Shown piece by piece: positions 25,625 through 32,881 of a stretch of 37,747 bases of DNA (the stretch's first letter is position 1; every line of letters starts with the position of its first letter). The stretch covers positions 1 through 37,747 of IMG/VR virus record IMGVR_UViG_3300025093_001713; one strand, 5' to 3'. The notes beneath the pieces are model-generated. The model ran no database searches. It saw only the letters and a program-made list of their open reading frames with translations, and was not told the origin of the DNA. Both the position numbers and the translations under genes were made by a program. This stretch comes from a virus.

Positions 25625-25975
25625 TCAGCCCTCTTTTGACACTCCATACACAGCAGCCGTCTCGGCCAGGGCGGTGGTGAGGCGCTCAACGGCAGCCTGA
25701 TCAGGGGCGGGAAGTTTGCGGTAGTGGTCTAGCACTGATGCCTCTTCCTCTGTGAGCGATCCCTCCAAAGCAGGCGTTCTGCGGCCAGTTAGAACGTAGA
25801 GCACATCGACGCCATTCTCTGCGATTGCGGCAAGGTAGGGCGCGTCGGGGTGCCTGGAACCCTTCTCATAATTCAGCTGAGTGGTTTTCGTCACCCCGCC
25901 AAGAGCGCCGAAATCTTCTTGATTGAAGCCCAGCCTCCGGCGCTCTTCTTTCAGTCTTTCGCCGAAGTTCAACAA
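25625..25975 (-). CDS. Prophage repressor, XRE-family HTH (CI/C-like)
   Basis: HTH_XRE core FGERLKEERRRLGFNQEDFGALGGVTKTTQLNYEKGSRHPDAPYLAAIAENGVDVLYVLTG. It is divergent from a Cro/Ner-like gene. There is no in-frame ATG, so the probable start is a TTG at 25975 (or 25972) about 10 nt after AGGAA. The 214-aa track ORF upstream of this point is antisense to the cro-like gene and is rejected. Confidence 0.8.
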   Translation of the reverse strand: MLNFGERLKEERRRLGFNQEDFGALGGVTKTTQLNYEKGSRHPDAPYLAAIAENGVDVLYVLTGRRTPALEGSLTEEEASVLDHYRKLPAPDQAAVERLTTALAETAAVYGVSKEG

Positions 25976-25992
25976 ATGGGCACCATTTCCTG

Positions 25993-26022
25993 TTGACAGT
26001 TCAACGAATGTTGAACTAATCT
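25993..26022 (+). promoter_or_regulatory. Putative early (lytic) promoter
   Basis: -35 TTGACA (25993-25998), an 18-nt spacer, and -10 TAATCT (26017-26022). It lies about 30 nt upstream of the cro-like ATG. Confidence 0.5.
25999..26016. promoter_or_regulatory. Operator: inverted repeat GTTCAAC-N4-GTTGAAC
   Basis: Perfect 7-bp arms fill the -35/-10 spacer of the putative lytic promoter. Further half-sites occur at 25967-25973 (GTTCAAC, overlapping the repressor start codon) and 26031-26036 (TTGAAC), with a degenerate copy at 25992-25997 (GTTGAC). Confidence 0.6.
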
Positions 26023-26053
26023 CGTCTGTATTGAACACTTTTAAACCCTTTGG

Positions 26054-26296
26054 ATGACTATGCCAAACCTCAGAACCCCAGAGCAAGCGCGCGAATGGCT
26101 GGATCAGCAGGGCAAATCCGTGACTGAGTTCGCCGCCGAACATGATCTCGACCTGCACACCACCTACCAGGTGCTCTCCGGCGCCAAGAAAGGCAAACGG
26201 GGCGAGGCGCACAAAGCTGCCGTCGCACTGGGCATCAAGCAGGGCGAAGTACCCCTGCCGCCGTTTCAACCTGTACCCGCTCAGATCAGCCAGTAA
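26054..26296 (+). CDS. Cro/Ner-like DNA-binding protein (BcepMu gp16-like family)
   Basis: 80 aa, the first gene of the rightward early operon. RTPEQAREWLDQQGKSVTEFAAEHDLDLHTTYQVLSG..KG.RGEAHKAAVALGIK fits the small HTH family I recall as phage-associated BcepMu gp16. Confidence 0.75.
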   Translation: MTMPNLRTPEQAREWLDQQGKSVTEFAAEHDLDLHTTYQVLSGAKKGKRGEAHKAAVALGIKQGEVPLPPFQPVPAQISQ

Positions 26297-26308
26297 GGAT
26301 CAGCCGCC

Positions 26309-26500
26309 ATGAAATCCGACCCCAAACGCCTCCGCACCCATCGCGCCACGCTCAACTTCGATGAGTACGAACAAAAGCTGATTAACGCCCTGGTCGACTA
26401 CACCGGCTTGAGCCAGGCCGAGTTGCTTCATCTGATCGTGATGAAGGAAGCCCGCGATCTGCTGCTGCCTGAATCCACTGTAGAGCTGGCCCGCGCCTGA
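26309..26500 (+). CDS. Small hypothetical protein (possible ribbon-helix-helix)
   Basis: 63 aa. ATLNFDEYEQKLINALVDYTGLSQAELLHLIV has a strand-helix-helix pattern and resembles the next ORF. Confidence 0.55.
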   Translation: MKSDPKRLRTHRATLNFDEYEQKLINALVDYTGLSQAELLHLIVMKEARDLLLPESTVELARA

Positions 26501-26556
26501 AGCGAGTGACCAGAGAGTCGCTAGCGGGTCACCAAATAGTTACTAAAGAGTCACTG

Positions 26557-26736
26557 ATGCCAGAAGCCCATGTTGAATTCGATGACACAGAGCGCGAACT
26601 GCTCGAGCGGATCCGCCAACGCTACGGTCTGGACGATTGCGCCCAGGCAGCCGAATGGCTGGTCAGAGCGCGGCTGCGCCGTGCAGCCAAAAGCATCACC
26701 GGCCGCGGGCGGGCGCTGTACCCGGTCGGCCGGTAG
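26557..26736 (+). CDS. Small hypothetical protein (possible ribbon-helix-helix, paralogue of the preceding gene)
   Basis: 59 aa from the ATG at 26557 (AAAGAG RBS). The sequence is AHVEFDDTERELLERIRQRYGLDDCAQAAEWLV. The GTG at 26506 is the alternative start. Confidence 0.5.
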   Translation: MPEAHVEFDDTERELLERIRQRYGLDDCAQAAEWLVRARLRRAAKSITGRGRALYPVGR

Positions 26737-26766
26737 CCAACCTTTACTTGATTCAGGGGAGGGACG

Positions 26767-27072
26767 ATGAGCGTCTACAAGCTGGTTTGTCCGCACTGCC
26801 GCGGCAAGATGCGCATCCGCACGTCAGACGGCGAGCACATATTCCTGCGCACGGCGTATCTGCAGTGCACCAACGAGGCTTGCAGCTGGTCCTGCCGTGC
26901 CACGTTCGAGATGACCCACGAGCTGAGCCCCAGCTCTACCCCCAACCCCAACGCCATGCTGCCCGTAGCCCCCAGTGCGATGCGCCGGGCGGCACTGCCG
27001 CAGAACGACGACGAGCAACTCGACATGCTGGACCACAAGGAGCACGACCATGCTGCAAGCACAGACGCATAA
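26767..27072 (+). CDS. ogr: Ogr/Delta-family zinc-finger late transcription activator
   Basis: CPHCRGKMRIRTS...YLQCTNEACSWS is the Cys4 Ogr/Delta signature. The protein is 101 aa with an acidic C-terminal extension. Confidence 0.85.
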   Translation: MSVYKLVCPHCRGKMRIRTSDGEHIFLRTAYLQCTNEACSWSCRATFEMTHELSPSSTPNPNAMLPVAPSAMRRAALPQNDDEQLDMLDHKEHDHAASTDA

Positions 27073-27598
27073 CCAAGCAACCGAGCACCAGGACATGCTG
27101 CAGGCGGCCGCCAGTGGTTTTGTCGCCCGCCACCAGGGCGAGCACCTGGATGACCAGGCGCTGTTCGATCGCACCGTCGCCCACCTGATCGCGGTATTCC
27201 AAGTCAATCGCACCACGGCGGAGAACATGGCAGCCCGGGCCAGCGCGCCGGCGCCGCATACAGTCCCAGGCTTCGGGCTCGACAGCATGGCCAAGGAAGC
27301 GATCAACTTCATGCAGCGCATGGACCCCGCCACGCTGGCCACCGTCATGTGCCACAGCACGGCGCAATACCTCAAGGGCCTGTTCGATATCAGCCTGGAG
27401 GCAGCACAAGACGCCGCCGCCGTCGCCTTTGCCCGCCTGCGCCCATCGCACCTCTACCACGACGTCAGCCGCAGTGACGCCCAGCTGGTCATGCTGCGCG
27501 ATCCCGAGCGCGGGGTGACCTACGCGGTGCCGGTGTCGTTCATCGTCCACCACGTTATCCAGAACCCGGCACGCCACACCCTGCACCTCGTCAACTGA
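27050..27598 (+). CDS. Hypothetical early protein
   Basis: 182 aa from the ATG at 27050 (AAGGAG 7 nt upstream), overlapping the ogr 3' end by 23 nt. I recognise no family. Confidence 0.6.
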   Translation: MLQAQTHNQATEHQDMLQAAASGFVARHQGEHLDDQALFDRTVAHLIAVFQVNRTTAENMAARASAPAPHTVPGFGLDSMAKEAINFMQRMDPATLATVMCHSTAQYLKGLFDISLEAAQDAAAVAFARLRPSHLYHDVSRSDAQLVMLRDPERGVTYAVPVSFIVHHVIQNPARHTLHLVN

Positions 27599-27611
27599 TC
27601 CGGAGCGCGCC

Positions 27612-27854
27612 ATGGATACCGTCAAAGTCGTGCTCGAGCTCACCCGGGAAGAAGCCGCCGCGCTCGTTCAGGCCCAGCGCACCGCCTACCGCCTGCGCCT
27701 GCAGGCCGAGTTCTGGGACGACCGCTACCGCAACATTCCGCACCCCATGCGGCACGGCAGCATCCTGGCGCATTGCCCCGATATGTCAGCCAACAAGAAA
27801 CTGCTCGGCGCACTCGCCCAGGGCAGCAAAACCGAATCCGTCAGGGGCGTTTGA
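27612..27854 (+). CDS. Hypothetical early protein
   Basis: 80 aa. Its stop overlaps the primase start (TGATG). Confidence 0.5.
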   Translation: MDTVKVVLELTREEAAALVQAQRTAYRLRLQAEFWDDRYRNIPHPMRHGSILAHCPDMSANKKLLGALAQGSKTESVRGV

Positions 27855-30544
27855 TGCAATCTGAAATACATCGTGAAGTGCTCACGCGCATCGACCGTGA
27901 CTACGGCCTGAAAAAGGTCTCCGGTAACTGGATGCGCGGCGGCACCTGCCCCGTTTGCAGTAAGAAGGAGCTGTACACCCACAAGGATGAGCCGTGGGTG
28001 CTGCGCTGCGGCCGCGAGAGCAAATGCAACGCCGAGCTGCACGTAAAAGACCTGTACGACGATCTGTTCGACGACTGGAGCAACCGCTACAAGCCCACGC
28101 CAGAAGACCCCACCATCACCGCCCGGGCGTACCTGGAGTTCAACCGCGGCTTCCGTGAGGAGCTGATCAAGGGCTGGTACACGCAAGAGCAGTACTTCGA
28201 TCGCGAGCTGGGCATCGGCACCGCCACCGTGCGCTTTTCGCTGCCCAACGACAGCTGGTGGGAGCGCCTGATCGACCGGCCGCACCGCTTCGGCAAAAAG
28301 GCGCGGTTCAAGTTCCAGTCCAAGCACAACGGCTGGTGGTGGTGCCCGCCCTCTGTGGATCTGCTGAAGGTCGACGAACTGTGGATCGTCGAGGGCATCT
28401 TCGACGCAATCGCACTGGCCCATAACGACATCACGGCCGTCACTGCACTGAGCAGCAACAACTACCCCGAACTGGCCCTGGCCAAGCTCGCCCGCGACTG
28501 TGACGAGGCCGGCACCAAACGCCCGAAACTGGTATGGGCTCTGGACGGTGACGCAGCCGGCCGGCGCTACACCCGCAAGTGGGCAGCCAAGGCGCGCGAG
28601 GCCGGCTGGAAGTGCTCGGCCATGCAGATCCCCCAGCGGGACAAGAAGATCGACTGGAACGAGGCGCATCAGCGCGACAAGCTGACCGGGCAGAACATCG
28701 CCGAGTATCGGCATCACGGTGAACTGCTGCTGGCCCAGAGCCCGACCGAAAAAGCCCTGCTGATGTACACCTGGCGCGAGCGCCACGAGTTCCACTTCCA
28801 GTTCGACCGCCGTCTGTATTGGTTCAAGCTCGACATGGTGAAGTACAACAAGGCGTTCAACGACCTGGAGGAGTCCGAGCACGTCGAGATCCGCGCCATG
28901 AATGACCACCAGCGGCGGGAGAAAGCGCTCGAGCAGTCGGGCAGCGTGGTGCAGATCGCCAACTGCTACCCGCAGGCGCTGTACTTCCAGCGCAACGAGG
29001 TGACCGATGAGTCGTGGTATTACTTCCGCGTCGACTTCCCCCATGACGGCGGGAGCATCAAGAACACGTTCACAGGTGGCCAGGTGTCCGCCGCCAGCGA
29101 ATTCAAAAAGCGCATGCTCTCGATCGCCGCCGGCGCCGTGTTCACCGGCAGCGGCCAGCAGCTCGACCGCATCATGCAAGACCAGCTCTACGGCATCAAA
29201 ACGGTAGAGACCATCGACTACATCGGTTACAGCCGCGAATACCGCTGCTACGTCCTGGGCGATCTGGCCATCAAAGCGGGGCAGATGTACCAGGTAAACG
29301 ACGAGGACTTCTTCGAGTTCGGCAAGCTGCGCCTCAAGAGCCTGCTGAAAACCATCCCCCTGCACATCAACCGTGACGCCAGCAAATACCGCGACGACTG
29401 GCTGGCCATGCTCTGGACCGCCTTCGGCGCCAAGGGCGTGATTGCCCTGGCGTTCTGGCTGGGCTCACTGTTCGCCGAGCAGATCCGCGAGCAGTACAAA
29501 TCCTTCCCCTTCCTGGAAGCCACCGGCGAGGCCGGCGCGGGCAAGACCACGCTGATCACCTTTCTGTGGAAGCTGATGGGCCGGGAATACGAAGGCTTCG
29601 ACCCGTCCAAGTCATCGGTGGCCGGCCGCTCGCGTCTGATGGGGCAGGTGTCCGGTATGCCGGTGGTGCTGATCGAGGGCGACCGCAACGAGGCCGATCG
29701 CGCACACGCCAAGTCATTCGACTGGGACGAGCTGAAAGACTTTTTCGGCGGCGGCACCCTGCGCACCCGGGGCGTAAAAACCGGCGGCAACGAGACCTAC
29801 GAACCGCCATTCCGCGGCACCATCGTGATCAGCCAGAACGCCGACGTGTCAGCCTCCGAGGCCATCCTCACCCGTATCGTCAAGCTGCACTTTCAGCGCC
29901 CGGTGGTCACCGATGAAAGCCGCGCCGCCGCAGACAACCTCAACCTGATGCAGCCCGAGGAGCTCAGCTATTTCATGATCAAGGCCCTGCGGATGGAAGA
30001 GCAGCTGATGGGCGTGTTCGGTACCCGGGTGCTGGCCTACGAAAAGGCCCTGCGGGCGCTCAAAGAGATCCGCGTGGAACGCATCATCAAGAACCACGCG
30101 CAGATGATGGCGCTGGTGGATTGCCTTGACCAGGTGCTGCCCCTGGGCGAAGAGCGCAAGAACGAAGTGGTACTCACCCTGCGCACCATGGCCATGGAAC
30201 GCCAGCAGGCCATCAGCGCCGACCACCGCCTGGTTGCCGAATTCTGGGAGGTATACGACTACCTCGAAGGGCTAGAAGAGGATCCGGTCGTCAACCACAG
30301 CACCGACCCCAACCTGATCGCCATCAACCTCAACGAGTTCGCCGCCCGCGCCGCCGGCCACCGCCAGCAGATCGCCGAGCTCACGCTGCTGCGCTCTCTG
30401 CTCAAAGACAGCCGCACCCACAAGTTCATCGACTCCAACCGCGCCGTGCACAGCGCCATCCGCGCCAACCACGCCCAGGAGCGCAACGGCGCGTTCGACA
30501 AACCCAGACCCAGCACCCTCAAGTGCTGGATCTTCAAGAAGTAG
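27854..30544 (+). CDS. Bifunctional DNA primase/helicase (zinc finger + Toprim + P-loop NTPase)
   Basis: 896 aa from the ATG at 27854. It has a zinc motif CPVCSKK...RCGRESKC, a Toprim domain (LWIVEGIFDAIAL ... LDGDAAGRRY), Walker A ATGEAGAGKTT and Walker B-like VVLIEGD. The 27 codons the track places upstream overlap the previous gene. Confidence 0.85.
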   Translation: MQSEIHREVLTRIDRDYGLKKVSGNWMRGGTCPVCSKKELYTHKDEPWVLRCGRESKCNAELHVKDLYDDLFDDWSNRYKPTPEDPTITARAYLEFNRGFREELIKGWYTQEQYFDRELGIGTATVRFSLPNDSWWERLIDRPHRFGKKARFKFQSKHNGWWWCPPSVDLLKVDELWIVEGIFDAIALAHNDITAVTALSSNNYPELALAKLARDCDEAGTKRPKLVWALDGDAAGRRYTRKWAAKAREAGWKCSAMQIPQRDKKIDWNEAHQRDKLTGQNIAEYRHHGELLLAQSPTEKALLMYTWRERHEFHFQFDRRLYWFKLDMVKYNKAFNDLEESEHVEIRAMNDHQRREKALEQSGSVVQIANCYPQALYFQRNEVTDESWYYFRVDFPHDGGSIKNTFTGGQVSAASEFKKRMLSIAAGAVFTGSGQQLDRIMQDQLYGIKTVETIDYIGYSREYRCYVLGDLAIKAGQMYQVNDEDFFEFGKLRLKSLLKTIPLHINRDASKYRDDWLAMLWTAFGAKGVIALAFWLGSLFAEQIREQYKSFPFLEATGEAGAGKTTLITFLWKLMGREYEGFDPSKSSVAGRSRLMGQVSGMPVVLIEGDRNEADRAHAKSFDWDELKDFFGGGTLRTRGVKTGGNETYEPPFRGTIVISQNADVSASEAILTRIVKLHFQRPVVTDESRAAADNLNLMQPEELSYFMIKALRMEEQLMGVFGTRVLAYEKALRALKEIRVERIIKNHAQMMALVDCLDQVLPLGEERKNEVVLTLRTMAMERQQAISADHRLVAEFWEVYDYLEGLEEDPVVNHSTDPNLIAINLNEFAARAAGHRQQIAELTLLRSLLKDSRTHKFIDSNRAVHSAIRANHAQERNGAFDKPRPSTLKCWIFKK

Positions 30545-30583
30545 GCGCGGCAACGCCTGCCCATCAAGCAAGGAGAGAACCCA

Positions 30584-30970
30584 ATGCAGAAATACATACC
30601 AGACGAGCCGCTCACCGAGGCCCAGAAAGACGCCAGAACGGCCAGCATCTACGCCGACATTCTCGCCATGGAACAGCGCAAGGAATACGCCCGCGAGCTC
30701 GGCCTGCCCGCCCTGGTGCGCCTGGTGAAGGTCGCCCAGGGCAACACCGGCCAAAGCGCGCACATCGGCCGCTTCCTGCTCAGCCTGTACAACGGCCGCG
30801 CCTACCCGCTGGACCCCAGCAACCTGCGCTGCATCGACTACGACCTGCACCAGTGCTGCCTGTGCGTGCTCGCCATGGACTATTCGCCCGAGCGTGAAGT
30901 GCACGAGCTCGTCGTCGGTGGCCACCAGATCTGGGAGCAATTCAAAGAGCGGTGGGGGCAGCAGTCATGA
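30584..30970 (+). CDS. Hypothetical early protein
   Basis: 128 aa with an AAGGAGAG RBS. Its stop is coupled to the next start (ATGA). Confidence 0.6.
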   Translation: MQKYIPDEPLTEAQKDARTASIYADILAMEQRKEYARELGLPALVRLVKVAQGNTGQSAHIGRFLLSLYNGRAYPLDPSNLRCIDYDLHQCCLCVLAMDYSPEREVHELVVGGHQIWEQFKERWGQQS

Positions 30971-31182
30971 GCAAGCCCCCGTTCTATGCCGGCACCTACA
31001 ACGGCCGCGACTACATCCACCAGATGGTGGGCGAGCGTGTCGTGGCAGCCAAGAAGATGACCGAAGCGCAATGCCTGGAAGCCCTCAAGCTCCCCGGCCT
31101 GCAAAAGACTGTCAGCACCGCCCTGAACCGGCGGCTGATGGAGCTGGAAAAGCAGAAACTCACCGAGGGAGAAACACCATGA
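30967..31182 (+). CDS. Hypothetical early protein
   Basis: 71 aa with ATGA coupling at both ends. Confidence 0.5.
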   Translation: MSKPPFYAGTYNGRDYIHQMVGERVVAAKKMTEAQCLEALKLPGLQKTVSTALNRRLMELEKQKLTEGETP

Positions 31183-31529
31183 AACTGCACCTGATATCAG
31201 GCCCAGCCGGATCCGGCAAAACCACGATGCTGGGCGCTCTGGCCCGCCAATCTACCGGTGTCAAAAGGAGTGATCCCACTAACTGCACCATGGCTGGCAT
31301 GGCGAGATTGGTACGCGCAGCCTTCGTGAACCCTCATACCAAGCTGGTGGTCTTCGACGGTATCAATTCAGAACAGCTTTTCGAGCTGACGAGGCTGAGC
31401 CGCACCCTGAATGGTCGCGAGGATTTGACCATTGCCGCCGCCCTGGCCTGCTATGTCCAGGCGCCCGACTACACGTTCGAGAACCTGCAAATCACCCACC
31501 TGCCAGCACGGCAAGCACAGCCAGCCTGA
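31179..31529 (+). CDS. Small P-loop NTPase-like protein
   Basis: 116 aa from the ATG at 31179. It has Walker A GPAGSGKTT at the N-terminus and a hydrophobic strand + D (LVVFDG) as a possible Walker B. Confidence 0.6.
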   Translation: MKLHLISGPAGSGKTTMLGALARQSTGVKRSDPTNCTMAGMARLVRAAFVNPHTKLVVFDGINSEQLFELTRLSRTLNGREDLTIAAALACYVQAPDYTFENLQITHLPARQAQPA

Positions 31530-31539
31530 ACAAAAAAAA

Positions 31540-31567
31540 GCCCCAGTGAGCGGCAACTCACCGGGGC
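31540..31567 (-). terminator. Hairpin with a flanking A8 tract; reads as a rho-independent terminator only on the minus strand
   Basis: GCCCCAGTGAG-cggcaa-CTCACCGGGGC gives 10 bp with one mismatch, preceded on the plus strand by AAAAAAAA (31532-31539). On the minus strand that is a stem followed by T8. All credible genes here are on the plus strand. Confidence 0.45.
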
Positions 31568-31593
31568 CCGCTACCACACAAGGAGAGAACCCC

Positions 31594-32049
31594 ATGCAAA
31601 CGCATGAGAATCAAAGCAGCAGCGCGGTAGAGAGTACCAGCAGCGCGCATATCAAGCGATACCAGGTGAGTGAGCCGTTTTCCGACTTCGAGGTAACGCT
31701 CGAGGTCGATCACACCATCCTGACGCCTGAGCGGGCAAAGGAGATCAACGAGTTTCGCGGTAGTCCAGAAGAGCGTATCGAGGCGGAAAACGGCGACGAA
31801 GTGAAGGCTGTCATACGGATGGCCGGCCAGTTCATCGTCCGTATGATGCTCGAGAGCGGCTGGGGCGTCAGCTTTCGTACCCGCCAGGTAGACCAGGGGC
31901 ATACCTGGTCTACCAAGTTCCGGAGCGAGGAGGGCTGGGGCGGCGAGGACGACACACACTTCGGCTGGTGCGGGATCCGAGTTATCGGCGCAGATGTAGA
32001 AGCGCCAGGCTTCGACGAGTTCCAGCTCGAGGAGTTGCCCAATGAATAA
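31594..32049 (+). CDS. Hypothetical early protein
   Basis: 151 aa from the ATG at 31594, with an AAGGAGAG RBS. Confidence 0.6.
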   Translation: MQTHENQSSSAVESTSSAHIKRYQVSEPFSDFEVTLEVDHTILTPERAKEINEFRGSPEERIEAENGDEVKAVIRMAGQFIVRMMLESGWGVSFRTRQVDQGHTWSTKFRSEEGWGGEDDTHFGWCGIRVIGADVEAPGFDEFQLEELPNE

Positions 32050-32067
32050 CGCCGACCTGCTGAACCT
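32036..32067 (+). repeat. Gene-junction direct repeat, copy 1
   Basis: TGCCCAATGAATAACGCCgACCTGCTGAaCCT. Copy 2 lies exactly 400 nt downstream and has 2 mismatches in 32 nt. Confidence 0.85.
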
Positions 32068-32449
32068 CCCCGCCGGCGACCTGCGCGCCATGTATGCCAA
32101 CGCCATGGACCAACTCGAAGCTGTCAAGCGCCTGCTCACCGAGGAACCCAAACCCGTCACATTCACCACCAGCGGCCGCCAAACGGGCAAAACCACCAAG
32201 CTGCTGCACGAGCTCCAGCGCGAGAACATGACGTACCAGGTGCGTCTTGACGAGATCCGCAGAGCACTGGGTGTCAGCGATGCAAAGCCAAAGATCACCA
32301 GTCCAGAGCGCGCCAACTCGACGGGCGTGAAATTTAACGGCTTTCACGTGATGTGCAACCCCATGCTCCCCCCGATGACCATGATGGTCGGGAATGACGT
32401 TTACAAGATGCTGACCGAACATGTGCCGTCGAGGATGCCCAATGAATAA
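32042..32449 (+). CDS. Hypothetical early protein (MNNADLL...)
   Basis: 135 aa. Both its start and its end lie inside a repeated junction sequence (..CCCAATGAATAACGCC..). Confidence 0.6.
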   Translation: MNNADLLNLPAGDLRAMYANAMDQLEAVKRLLTEEPKPVTFTTSGRQTGKTTKLLHELQRENMTYQVRLDEIRRALGVSDAKPKITSPERANSTGVKFNGFHVMCNPMLPPMTMMVGNDVYKMLTEHVPSRMPNE

Positions 32450-32467
32450 CGCCAACCTGCTGACCCT
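32436..32467 (+). repeat. Gene-junction direct repeat, copy 2
   Basis: TGCCCAATGAATAACGCCaACCTGCTGAcCCT. A third, shorter copy, AATGAATAACGCC, is at 32877-32889. Confidence 0.85.
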
Positions 32468-32660
32468 GATCGGCCTGCTGATGCTCTGCGGCTTCATCGT
32501 CGTCTGGGCCCTGGTCCGCGGCTGCGCCGACGATATCGACGCCCTGGACCGCTACCAGGTCGAGCCCAACCCGCACCGCTGCCCAGAGTGCAGCGCCATC
32601 AAATCCGAGACAGACGAGATCACCGGCTGCCAATACTGCGCAGGGGTCAAGCAACCATGA
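32442..32660 (+). CDS. Small membrane protein with a C-terminal Cys4 zinc-ribbon-like motif (MNNANLL...)
   Basis: 72 aa with a TM helix (LLTLIGLLMLCGFIVVWALV), then CPEC...CQYC. Confidence 0.55.
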   Translation: MNNANLLTLIGLLMLCGFIVVWALVRGCADDIDALDRYQVEPNPHRCPECSAIKSETDEITGCQYCAGVKQP

Positions 32661-32881
32661 ACCCAACAATCAAAACCGAGCAGCCCCAGGACAAAGGTTT
32701 CATGCACATACAGGTGATCTGCGATGTTTGCGGTGAATCCCGCAGAACCCACCACCACCCACGCTGCTCGAAGATCCGCCAGCAGCGGTACCGGAGGGAA
32801 GCGACCCACAGCAACCAAGCCGCAGGGTTCGAATCTAAGTCGGCGCTGCCAAAGCCAGCCAAGGGAGGCTCGAGCAAATGA
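32657..32881 (+). CDS. Hypothetical small basic protein
   Basis: 74 aa with ATGA coupling at both ends. It contains Cys/His motifs (CDVCGESRRTHHHPRC). Confidence 0.45.
   Translation: MNPTIKTEQPQDKGFMHIQVICDVCGESRRTHHHPRCSKIRQQRYRREATHSNQAAGFESKSALPKPAKGGSSK

Noticed and set aside
25976-26269. N-terminal 98 codons of the 214-aa track ORF for the repressor
   Set aside because: This part runs antisense through the operator region and the cro-like gene and has off-frame-like composition. The HTH domain begins right after the TTG at 25975, which has an upstream AGGAA.
27725-29365. 546-aa minus-strand ORF, the longest unassigned ORF in the track
   Set aside because: It is entirely antisense to the primase-helicase gene, which has clear Toprim and Walker motifs. 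The translation is rich in Ala, Gly, Val, Leu and Gln, as in high-GC shadow frames. There is no RBS or start context.
30894-31178. Upstream 95 codons of track ORF 30894-31529, and similar 5' extensions at 26975-27049, 27773-27853, 31432-31593 and 33449-33736
   Set aside because: These extensions overlap the preceding well-coupled genes in another frame and are Arg/Pro/Ser-rich. Internal ATGs with RBS or with ATGA/TGATG coupling give much more plausible starts.
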